Source: Candidatus Poribacteria bacterium (GTDB taxonomy: Bacteria > Poribacteria > WGA-4E > JAJDTR01). Taken from it: a DNA stretch of 64,000 nucleotides. Shown in pieces: positions 54,438 to 64,000 of the stretch. The number at the start of each line of letters is the position of its first letter. Within the stretch, counting starts at the first letter, position 1. Both the position numbers and the translations under genes were made by a program. The notes beneath the pieces are model-generated. The model worked only from the letters and a program-made list of their open reading frames with translations. It did no database searches and was not told the DNA's origin. The stretch spans positions 512,519 to 576,518 of the forward strand of contig CBDDPW010000022.1 of assembly GCA_965232535.1 (NCBI GenBank), in the 5' to 3' direction.

Positions 54438-57400
54438 ATGAGAGTCAAATCTTTGTTGCTTCTGTTGATATTCGTCTCAATCTCGCTGACGGCAACGGCA
54501 CAAACGACGGTGGATATCCCCGATCCCAACCTCCGCGCAGCCATCGCGGAGGCGCTCAGCAAAGCGCCGGACGACCCGATCCTCACGAGCGAGATGGCAA
54601 CACTAACCCAACTTTTGATGGGCGATGCCGGAATTAGCGATTTAACCGGGCTTGAGTGGGCAACCAACCTGACAGGGCTTAATCTTGAAGGCAACTCACT
54701 ATCGGATATCTCGCTCTTGGCGAACTTGACCAACCTGAGAGTGCTTTCTCTTGGTTTTAACTCACTATCGGATGTCTCGCCCTTGGCGGACTTAACCAAC
54801 CTGACACAGCTTTCTCTTGGTTTTAACTCACTATCGGATATCTCGCTCTTGGCGAACTTAACCAACCTGAGCGTGCTTTCTCTTGGTTTTAACTCACTAT
54901 CGGATATCTCGCTCTTGGCGAACTTAACCAACCTGACAGTGCTTAATCTTAGTGGCAACCCACTATCGGATATCTCGCCCTTGGCGGACTTAACCAACCT
55001 GACACAGCTTGCTCTTGGTTTTAACTCACTATCGGATATCTCGCTCTTGGCGAACTTAACCAACCTGAGCGTGCTTTCTCTTGGTTTTAACTCACTATCG
55101 GATATCTCGCCCTTGGCGGACTTAACCAACCTGACACAGCTTGCTCTTGATGGCAACTCACTATCGGATATCTTGCCCTTGGCAAACTTAACCAACCTGA
55201 CAGTGCTTAATCTTAGTGGCAACTCACTATCGGATATCTCGCCCTTGGCGGACTTAACCAACCTGACACAGCTTGCTCTTGGTTTCAATTCACTATCGGA
55301 TATCTCACCCTTGGCGAACTTAACCAACCTGAGCGTGCTTTCTCTTCGTAGCACCTCAACATCGGATATCTCGCCCTTGGCGAACTTAGCCAACCTGACA
55401 CAGCTTAATCTTGAGAGAAACCCTCTGAATTACCCGGCAATTCATACGCACATCCCAGCCCTCGAAAGCAAAGGGGTTAGCGTCTCTTATGACGATCGCA
55501 CCCCGGCCTCACTTCACAAAATCTCCGGTGACGAGACCGCGTCAGATAACTCGCTGCTGATTGTGGAGGTCAAAGGGAGCGACAACCGCCCGTTCGAAGG
55601 GGTTCCGGTGACGTTCGCCATTGTGTCGGGCGGAGGCGCTCTCGGTGTCACAAGCACAACCACCGATGCGCAAGGCAGGGCACAGAGTGAACTCACCTTG
55701 GGTTCCGACGGGGAACCGAACCGTGTCGCCGTGTCTGCTGTCCCGTTCGGGCTGGAGACGCTCTTTAATCTGTCGGCGGCGGTGAATGTCCCCGATCCCA
55801 ACCTCCGCGCCGCCATCGCGGAGACGCTCGGAAAAGCGCCGGACGACCCTTTTTTCACGCATGAGATGGCAACCCTAACCGAACTTGTTGCGGGTGCGTG
55901 GGCGATCAGAATTAGCGATTTGACCGGGCTTGAGGAGGCAACCAACCTGACCTACCTTCATATTTCTAACACCTCAACATTGAGTCTCTCGCCCTTGGCG
56001 GACTTGACCAACCTGACAACGCTTACTCTTTCTAAATCAATATCGGACCTCTCGTCCTTGGCAGACTTAACCAACTTGACAGCGCTTTCTCTTTCGCCTT
56101 CTTCAACATCGGATCTCTCGCCCTTGGCGAGCCTAACCAACCTGACAACGCTTACTCTTGGCGGCTCAATATCGGACCTCTCTCCCTTGGCGAGCTTAAC
56201 CAGCCTAACAACGCTTACTTTTGATGGCTCAAAATCGGACCTCTCTCTCTTGCCGAACTTGACCAACCTAACAGCGCTCTATATTTATAACACCTTAATA
56301 TCGGATCTCTCGCCCTTGGCGAATTTAACCAACCTGACACACCTCAATCTTAGTCTTTCGTCAACATCGGATCTCACTCCCTTGGTGAACTTGACCAACT
56401 TGACAACGCTTACTCTGGGTGGATCAATATCGGATATCTCGGGCTTGGCGAACTTAACTAGCCTGACAGAGCTTGATCTTCATGGCTCAATATTGGATCT
56501 CTCGCCCTTGGCTATCTTAACCAACTTGACACAGCTTCGTCTTCGTCTTTCGCCCGACTCAACATCGGACATCTCGCCCTTGGCGAACTTAACCAATCTG
56601 ACACAGCTTTTTCTTGGTCTTTCCCCCAACTCAATATCGGACATCTCGCCCTTGGCGAACCTAACCAACCTGACAGACCTTACTCTTTATGGCTCAATAT
56701 TGGATCTCTCGCCCTTGATGCACTTAACCGACCTGACATACCTTAATATTCGCGGAATCCCACTGAGTTATCCGGCCATTCATACGCACATTCCAGCCCT
56801 CCAAAGCAAAGGGGTTAACGTTTCTTATGACGATCGCACCCCGGCCTCACTTCATAAAATCTCCGGCGACGAGACCGCGTCAGATAACTCGTTGCTGATC
56901 GTGGAGGTCAAGGGAAGCAAAAACCTCCTGTTCGAAGGGGTTCCGGTGACGTTCGCCATCGTGGCTGGCGGAGGCGCTCTCAGTGTTACAAGCACAACCA
57001 CGGATGCGCAAGGCAGGGCACAGAGTGAACTCACATTGGGATCCGACGGGGAACCGAATCGTGTCACCGCGTCTGTCGTCCCGTTCGGGCTGGAGGCGCT
57101 CTTTAGTGTCGGGCAGTCGGCTGTGGATATCCCCGATCTCAACCTCCGCGCTGCCATCGCGGAGGCGCTGGGCAAAGCGTTGAACGACACATTCTTCACG
57201 AGCGAGATGGCAACCCTAACCGAACTTGCGACGACGCGGGGAGGCGGAATTAGCGACTTGACCGGGCTTGAGAGGGCAACCAACCTGACAACGCTTAATC
57301 TTCGTCTTTCGTCAGGCTCAATTCCGGGACTCTCGTCCTTGGCGAAATTAACCAACCTGACACAATTTTCTCTTCAAGGCTCAATATCGGACCTCTCGCC

Positions 57401-58846
57401 CTTCGCGAACCTAACCAACCTGACAGGCCTTTATCTTTGGGCAAATTCAATATCGGACTTCTCGCCATTGGCAGGATTAACAAATCTAAAAGAACTCTCC
57501 CTTGGCGACCCTGTCCGATTAGACTCTTCAACCCTGCCAAGTTTAGCCAACCTTCAAGTGTTGAATATTTTTGGCTTCACCTGGCAGTGGGCAGGCGACC
57601 CGCCATTTCATGGACTCAGTGGGTTGTTAGACCCGACATTCTTGGCAGGATTTCCGAACCTGACAGAGTTAGTTATTTCCAACGCTGGCTACGCAAACTA
57701 CAATCTTTCAAACATTTCGCCCGTAGCAGGTTTAAGCAGGCTGGAAAAAATCACTCTCAGTCATTGCCTAATTTCTGACATTTCGCCTCTGTTAGAAAAC
57801 ACGGGCTTAGGACAGGGCAGCATAGTCGATGTACGAAGAAACCCTCTCAGTTATGTTTCCCTGCACACCCATATTCCCGAACTCCAAAGCAGGGGCGTCA
57901 CCGTACACTTTGACGATGGAGCATCCCCGGCGCTGCTTAGGGTCTCGGGCGATTACCAAAACGGCGCGGTCTCCACTCCACTGCCTCAACCGTTAGTTAT
58001 TGAGGCGCACGACGAAAACGGTTTTGCAGTCGCAGGGGTTCAGGTCGAATTCACCGTATCTCAAGGCGATGGCGCGCTTGGCGCCGCAATCGCAACGACC
58101 GATGAAAACGGCAGAGCGAAGACTACATTCACACTTGGACCGAATCCCGGAACGAACTCCGTTCACGTGTATGCCCCTGAATTTGAAGGTCACGCTGTGT
58201 TTCACGCTTTCGCCGATTCTGAAATGCCACCGGTTTCGTCAGATGTCAACGACGATGGAACTACGAACATCTTGGATTTGGTTTTGGTCTCCTCCGCGTT
58301 GGGGAGCGCAGGCGACAATCTTGCGGCGGATGTGAATGGAGACGGGGTTGTCGATATTCTGGATTTGGTGTTGGTTGCGGGTATGCTTGGGGATGCGGCG
58401 GCTGCGCCTTCGGCGCGTCTACAAGCGCTTGAGACATTTACGGAGGCGGAGGTCAAGCAGTGGCTGAACGATATAAGACTCTTGCGGTTAGAGGATCCCA
58501 TAGCGCAAAGAGGGATAATGATGCTTGAGCGGCTTTTGGCATTACTAATCCCGGAAGAGACGGAACTGTTAGCGAACTATCCGAATCCGTTCAACCCGGA
58601 AACGTGGATACCGTATCGACTGGCGGAGAGCGCTTTCGTAACGTTGACTATCTATGACCTAAGTGGTCAGGTGGTACGGACTCTGGATGTTGGGCGCCAA
58701 ATTGCGTCCGCCTACGAGAATCGGTCAAAAGCAATCTACTGGGACGGCAGAAACGAGTTGGGTAGCGGGCGGCAAGCGGCGTCTATTTCTATCACCTGTC
58801 TGCCGGGGATTATTCGGCGACGCGGAAAATGCTGATTCTGAAGTGA
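54438..58846 (+). CDS. Secreted internalin-like LRR protein with Ig-like, dockerin and T9SS-like C-terminal domains; 1-bp frameshift near 58763
   Basis: RBS AAGGAG, signal peptide, three LRR modules with IPDPNLRAAI-type caps, DVNGDGVVDILDLV, NYPNPFNPETWIPY; canonical end ASGVYFYHL...ATRKMLILK* lies in another frame. Confidence 0.9.
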
Positions 58847-59040
58847 ACGCGCCGGCGCCCTATCGGATCTCTACCGCCTTGGGATCTATATAGGAGTTCT
58901 ATCGAGTTCGTTAATCACTCACTTGATCACTCGCTATTCGCTCGCTTGATTTATTCGCTCAGTTGATCCCACGCTGAGGCTTTGGTTTAGTGTGGCTTGG
59001 CCTGCTATACACCTTTCGCGCCGCTGCGCTCTCAAAGGCT

Positions 59041-59089
59041 GGTGCGCAGTGCGCACCTTACAAGAAATGGTGGGCAGTGCCCACCCTAC
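59041..59089 (-). repeat. REP-like GTAG/GTAA hairpins (related copies at 2956, 18671, 33224, 51896)
   Basis: GTAGGGTGGGCACTGCCCACC and GTAAGGTGCGCACTGCGCACC palindromes. Confidence 0.8.
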
Positions 59090-59144
59090 AAATGTACAAA
59101 GTCGAGCTTAGCATCATACTCTTTGCCTAGATTTTGAGGAAATC

Positions 59145-60815
59145 ATGGCACTCATCAAACTAAACGACCTTGAAGTTGAAGTACCGGACGGAATCAATGT
59201 TGTCGAAGCTGCGCGCATGCACGGCATCGAGGTGCCGCACTATTGCTATCATCCGGGATTGAGCAGTCCGGCGAACTGCCGCATGTGCCTTGTAGAGCCT
59301 CATGTGTTTTTCCCACCCGCCGGTAAGGTGGTGCCAGACCGCCAGTTAGCGACGGGATGCACCGCCGTGATTAGAACCGCGCCGCCCGACCGGAAACTTG
59401 ATGGGAAATTTGACTACATCGTTCAGACAGACTCCCCGCGTGTCAAGAAGGCACGTGAGGATATCCTTGAGTTTTTGCTGGTTCATCACCCATTGGATTG
59501 CCCGGTGTGTGATCAGGCTGGCGAGTGCGACCTCCAGGACTTCAGTTACCGGCACGGGCATGACAAGAGCAGGTATGTCGAGGTCAAGAACGTTCCGCCC
59601 AAGAAGGATTTGGGACCCGATGTTCTTCTTTATTCCACGCGATGTATTGTCTGCACCCGCTGCATCCGATTTTGTGACGAAGTGGCGGGTTCCGGAGAGC
59701 TGGGACTAATTCAACGCGGCTCACATGATGAGATTGACATCCCACGCGCGCATGATGGAACTCCTCTGCAACTGTTGGACAACAAGCTAGCTGGCAATGT
59801 CGTGGATATCTGCCCCGTGGGAGCGCTGATTAGCAAAGATTTCCTGTTCAAGTCCCGACCATGGTTCATGAAGAAGGTGAACAGCGTCTGTCCCGGATGC
59901 AGCGTGGGGTGCAACATCACGGTTGAATTCAAAGAGGATGGCGTTTACCGCTTGAAACCGCGATACCACGCGGACATCAACGAGCACTGGATGTGCGACG
60001 ACGGTCGTCTCGGTTACGAATATGTCAATAGCGAGGACCGGCTCCAAATTCCGATGAAACGAGAAAACGAGGAACTTGCCCCGACCTCTTGGGAGGACGT
60101 GCTACAACTGATGGCGGACAGGCTGTCGGCAGCGGAAGCGGATTCTATCGTCGTCATAGGATCGGCGCAGGGCACCAATGAGGAGAACTATCTCTTGAGG
60201 AAATTGGCGCATGATGTGCTCAAAACGGATCGGATCGGTTTGTTCGGGCGAAAGGCGGGCGAAGAACACAAGTTCCCGCAGTTCACGATTGAATCGGACA
60301 AGAATCCGAACACACGCGGCGCACGAGATATGCTGGGCGCATCTACAAATGGAAATGGGACCGCTACAGCCGTCATTGAGGAGGAAAAACTCTGGGAGAG
60401 TTTATCCGATGCGAAGGTCGTGTACCTCGTAAACGGCTCGCCGGAACGTCCTCTCACCGATACGGAGAGAGCCGCTTTAGAAAACGTGGATTTTCTCATT
60501 GTGCAGGATATCTTCCTGTCCGATGTTGCACAACTCGCGGATGTGGTCTTGCCGAGTACAACCTTCACGGAAAAGGATGGCAGTTTTACCAATTCAGCGG
60601 GATGGGTACAGCGCATCCACAAAGCCACGGATCCCCCCGGTGAAGCGCGCATTGATTGGGAGATTATCCAGCAGGTAGCAAAGCGGCTGGCTGGGGAGTT
60701 CGAATACCACTTTGCAGGAGAGATTGCGGCGGAGATTGCAGCCACCGTGCCCGGTTATTCTGAGGCAACGCATCAGCAGATTGGGGATAGTGGCGTGAAA
60801 CTTCAGGACGAATAA
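59145..60815 (+). CDS. nuoG: NADH-quinone oxidoreductase subunit G (short form)
   Basis: CYHPGL...CRMCLVE, HPLDCPVCDQAGEC, CIVCTRC, CPGCSVGC. Confidence 0.93.
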   Translation: MALIKLNDLEVEVPDGINVVEAARMHGIEVPHYCYHPGLSSPANCRMCLVEPHVFFPPAGKVVPDRQLATGCTAVIRTAPPDRKLDGKFDYIVQTDSPRVKKAREDILEFLLVHHPLDCPVCDQAGECDLQDFSYRHGHDKSRYVEVKNVPPKKDLGPDVLLYSTRCIVCTRCIRFCDEVAGSGELGLIQRGSHDEIDIPRAHDGTPLQLLDNKLAGNVVDICPVGALISKDFLFKSRPWFMKKVNSVCPGCSVGCNITVEFKEDGVYRLKPRYHADINEHWMCDDGRLGYEYVNSEDRLQIPMKRENEELAPTSWEDVLQLMADRLSAAEADSIVVIGSAQGTNEENYLLRKLAHDVLKTDRIGLFGRKAGEEHKFPQFTIESDKNPNTRGARDMLGASTNGNGTATAVIEEEKLWESLSDAKVVYLVNGSPERPLTDTERAALENVDFLIVQDIFLSDVAQLADVVLPSTTFTEKDGSFTNSAGWVQRIHKATDPPGEARIDWEIIQQVAKRLAGEFEYHFAGEIAAEIAATVPGYSEATHQQIGDSGVKLQDE

Positions 60816-60837
60816 CCCGTGCCCAAAATAGGTCGAT

Positions 60838-62022
60838 ATGGATTTACCACTTCATGTTTTCATCATTAGTTCGCTAATCAAGATTCTCATCGTCGTCCAT
60901 GTGCTACTGATTGGAGTCATGGCGATGATTCTCGCGGAACGAAAGGTAAGTGGATGGATACAGGATCGGCATGGGCCGAACCGTGTCGGACCGTGGGGGA
61001 TATTGCAGCCTATTGCCGACGGCATCAAATTTTTCCTGAAGGAGGACTTGATTCCCGACCATGTGGACAAACCGATATATGTGCTTGCGCCCGCGATACT
61101 CCTCGTACCGGCGCTTATCATCTGTGCGGTCGTCCCCTTCGGGAGTTCGATCACGGTCGCCGGATATGAGATTCCACTCCAGATTGCGGACATAAATATC
61201 GGTATTCTTTATGTTCTGGCGATTACTTCGTTAGGGGTATACGGGGTTGTGCTTGGCGCCTGGTCATCGAATAACAAATACTCGTTACTCGGCGGCTTGC
61301 GGTCTTCGGCGCAAATGATCAGCTATGAGCTAACGTTGGGGCTCGCCATTATCGGAGTGCTCATGTTGTCGGGTTCACTCAGTCTGCGAGAGATTGCCAT
61401 AGCGCAGGGCGCCAACCCCTGGAATTGGAATTTCCTGATTCATCTCCCCGCGTTCCTGGCTTTCACGACGGCCGCATTTGCGGAAACCAATCGCTTGCCC
61501 TTTGACCTCGCCGAAGCCGAACAGGAACTTGTCGCCGGATACCACACCGAATATAGCAGCATGAAGTTTGCCATGTATTTCATGGCGGAATACATGAACA
61601 TGATTGTGGGTTCGGCCGTCGCAGTTACGCTGTTTCTCGGCGGTTGGCACCTCTTCGGATTGGAGAACCTCGGCGGTCCCTTTTGGAGTGGCGTGATTTC
61701 AATCGCAATATTCTCCGCCAAGACGGCGCTCTTCCTTTTTGTATTCATCTGGGTTCGCTGGACACTGCCGCGATTCCGATACGACCAGTTGATGAATCTG
61801 GGATGGAAATTCCTGCTGCCGGTCGCTCTCACTTCAATCGTTGTTACGGCGATAGTATGGATTGGAACGCAGTCGAAGTTGTTGGTAGGGGTGTGCAACA
61901 TCGTAGCCGCCTCTGTTGTTGTCGCAATCGTGGCAAGTACGCTGGCGATGCGCCGTGAACCGGAGCAGGTTGAACGTCAGGAACCTAGCTTCATGGAAGG
62001 ATCCTCGTCTGGAAGGACTTAG
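60838..62022 (+). CDS. nuoH: NADH-quinone oxidoreductase subunit H
   Basis: QDRHGPNRVGP, AETNRLPFDL, PRFRYDQLM. Confidence 0.97.
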   Translation: MDLPLHVFIISSLIKILIVVHVLLIGVMAMILAERKVSGWIQDRHGPNRVGPWGILQPIADGIKFFLKEDLIPDHVDKPIYVLAPAILLVPALIICAVVPFGSSITVAGYEIPLQIADINIGILYVLAITSLGVYGVVLGAWSSNNKYSLLGGLRSSAQMISYELTLGLAIIGVLMLSGSLSLREIAIAQGANPWNWNFLIHLPAFLAFTTAAFAETNRLPFDLAEAEQELVAGYHTEYSSMKFAMYFMAEYMNMIVGSAVAVTLFLGGWHLFGLENLGGPFWSGVISIAIFSAKTALFLFVFIWVRWTLPRFRYDQLMNLGWKFLLPVALTSIVVTAIVWIGTQSKLLVGVCNIVAASVVVAIVASTLAMRREPEQVERQEPSFMEGSSSGRT

Positions 62023-62058
62023 CGATGGGTTGCGGTATTGTGCAGGGTAAGAAGAGAG

Positions 62059-62766
62059 ATGAACGCTGAACCGATTCTATTCATCGCATTCGGAGCACTC
62101 GCCCTCATTGGCGCGGTTGCCGTCATCGGGTTCAAGAATCCGGTCTATAGCGCCATTGCCTTAATCGTCACATTTTTCGCGCAAGCGGGGCTTTTTATCT
62201 TGCTCGGCGCGCACTTTGTCGCCGCCGTGCAGGTCATCGTTTATGCAGGTGCGATCATGGTGTTGTTTCTGTTTGTAATCATGCTGCTCAACTTGGGTAG
62301 CGTTGGCGTAGATCGTCCGAAGGCTGGAATAGCAAAAGGCGCGGCGGTCATTCTGGGCATTGTATTCGCGCTTGAAGGCGTCTATATCGCCGTAAATGCG
62401 TCCAAAGATACGGCTGTGGCGCGAGTGAAGCAGGAAAGCGCTGTTGGCGGAGGGGCAATAAGCGCAAAGCAACTTAAAGAATTGAACAAGATACAAACGA
62501 CCTATCAGCTAACGCGCGATGAGATTAACACGGAATACGTCCCGAAGGTAGCTGCGGCAGACAAAACAATGGAAGATCTGACAGCGGACGAGGCTCAGGG
62601 GCTAATTAAAACACTTCAAGGTGAAATGGGGAAAACCGAACGAATCGGAACCGTGTTGTTTAGCAAATTCCTTCTTCCTTTTGAGGTAACTTCGCTAATT
62701 CTCCTCGCTGCCCTGATTGGCGTTATTGCGCTGGTGAAACGGGAGGAACCGAAAGAGGTTTCCTAG
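62059..62766 (+). CDS. nuoJ: NADH-quinone oxidoreductase subunit J
   Basis: VYAGAIMVLFLFVIMLL, PFEVTS. Confidence 0.95.
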   Translation: MNAEPILFIAFGALALIGAVAVIGFKNPVYSAIALIVTFFAQAGLFILLGAHFVAAVQVIVYAGAIMVLFLFVIMLLNLGSVGVDRPKAGIAKGAAVILGIVFALEGVYIAVNASKDTAVARVKQESAVGGGAISAKQLKELNKIQTTYQLTRDEINTEYVPKVAAADKTMEDLTADEAQGLIKTLQGEMGKTERIGTVLFSKFLLPFEVTSLILLAALIGVIALVKREEPKEVS

Positions 62767-62796
62767 CCGCGACTTGAGATCGTTGAGGATTGAGAT

Positions 62797-63096
62797 ATGA
62801 GTTTGGAATGGTATCTGGGTTTAAGCGCCCTACTTTTTACCGTTGGCGTAATTGGGGTGTTGATTCGAAGGAATGCCATCATTATCTTCATGTGTATCGA
62901 GTTGATGCTCAACGCGGCGAATCTTGCCTTTGTGGCTATATCGCGTGAATTGGGAGACCCTTCGGGACAGGTTTTTGTCTTCTTCGTGATGACCGTCGCG
63001 GCTGCCGAGGTGGCTATCGGACTGGCGATTATTGTGAGTGTTTTCAAGCATCGCGAAACGGTGAATGTTGATGAGGTTGATTCGCTAAAGGGATAA
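62797..63096 (+). CDS. nuoK: NADH-quinone oxidoreductase subunit K
   Basis: RRN...[17 protein letters not shown]. Confidence 0.97.
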   Translation: MSLEWYLGLSALLFTVGVIGVLIRRNAIIIFMCIELMLNAANLAFVAISRELGDPSGQVFVFFVMTVAAAEVAIGLAIIVSVFKHRETVNVDEVDSLKG

Positions 63097-63120
63097 GCAG
63101 TCTCAACGTAAAGATTTGAT

Positions 63121-64000
63121 ATGTCCATAAACCTCATAGTTCTTCTTCTAATTTCTCCGCTGATTGGGTTCCTCATCAACGGCCTCTTCGGCAAATGGTT
63201 GAAAAATGCCGAAAAGTTGAGTGGATGGATTGCGTGCCTTGCCGTCCTAGTTTCATTGATTTGCTCGATTATCGTGTTTACACACGTTAAGGGCGGAGCA
63301 GAGCTGAATCAGACACTCTACCAATGGATTGCCGCCGAATCTTTTGGGTTTAGCAAAGCCGAACTAGGATCTGCCGAGTCACCTACCCCTATATTCGAGT
63401 GGATTACCGGCAACTTTGCGTTCAACATCGGGTTTCACGTCGATTCCCTTACCGCCGTGATGCTGCTGATTATTACCGGTATCGGTTTTCTCATCCACGT
63501 TTATTCGATCGGCTACATGCACGGTGATCCGGGGTACACGCGCTATTTCGCCTATCTCAACCTCTTCGTGTTCGCGATGTTGATTCTAGTCTTGGCGGAC
63601 AACTATCTGATGATGTTCGTCGGTTGGGAGGGCGTTGGACTGTGTTCCTATTTGTTAATCGGCTTTTGGTATGAGAAAAAGTCTGCCACCGACGCGGGCA
63701 AGAAAGCCTTCATCGTTAACCGCATCGGTGATTTCGGCTTCCTGCTTGGCATGTTTACCCTCGTCGCCGCGTTTGATGGGCTAGATTTTATTCCTATCTT
63801 TGAACGCGCCGAATCCGGAGGCTTCATCCCAGTGTTCGGGGAGCATACGCTCGCCGTTGCGACCTTACTGCTATTTGTGGGTGCCGTGGGAAAATCGGCG
63901 CAAATCCCGCTGTATGTCTGGCTGCCCGATGCGATGGAGGGACCAACGCCCGTGAGCGCACTCATTCACGCCGCGACAATGGTCACGGCGGGTGTCTATA
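63121..64000 (+). CDS. nuoL: NADH-quinone oxidoreductase subunit L (partial)
   Basis: [27 protein letters not shown]...[22 protein letters not shown]. Confidence 0.97.
   Translation, partial: MSINLIVLLLISPLIGFLINGLFGKWLKNAEKLSGWIACLAVLVSLICSIIVFTHVKGGAELNQTLYQWIAAESFGFSKAELGSAESPTPIFEWITGNFAFNIGFHVDSLTAVMLLIITGIGFLIHVYSIGYMHGDPGYTRYFAYLNLFVFAMLILVLADNYLMMFVGWEGVGLCSYLLIGFWYEKKSATDAGKKAFIVNRIGDFGFLLGMFTLVAAFDGLDFIPIFERAESGGFIPVFGEHTLAVATLLLFVGAVGKSAQIPLYVWLPDAMEGPTPVSALIHAATMVTAGVY

Noticed and set aside
55430-57100. Diversity-generating retroelement template/variable repeat pair in the LRR gene
   Set aside because: Both copies are coding, differences are not adenine-specific, and there is no reverse transcriptase in the window.
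54419-57355. Repetitive minus-strand ORFs (RLVKFAK...)
   Set aside because: Antisense reading of the LRR repeats.

Overview
Bacterial chromosomal window, probably Candidatus Poribacteria (inferred from an internalin-like LRR protein with dockerin and a LLANYPNPFNPETWIPY C-terminal domain, plus dense REP/MITE content). Housekeeping blocks: groES-groEL, ligA, rimP-nusA-infB-rbfA-truB-ribF-rpsO-pnp, gcvTHP, trkAH, pdxH and a nuo operon that lacks nuoI in place and is interrupted by a VOC gene and an LRR gene. The accessory region at 4-22 kb holds a defence island: a MITE-split N6-adenine methyltransferase, a PHP-ATPase, an AlbA/Schlafen protein, GxxExxY, and a PLD-SNF2 helicase fused in frame to a MazE toxin-binding tail and overlapping mazF. 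It also holds two tandem arrays in which a 34-bp hairpin repeat alternates with mini-elements carrying the same ends as an adjacent intact IS110 recombinase element. Other small mobile units: a 170-bp MITE in three copies, a 35-bp micro-insertion that lands in REP hairpins, IS5-derived MITEs, a GxxExxY gene bounded by inverted repeats, and an LRR gene bounded by inverted repeats. All calls come from reading the sequence by eye; no database search was run.
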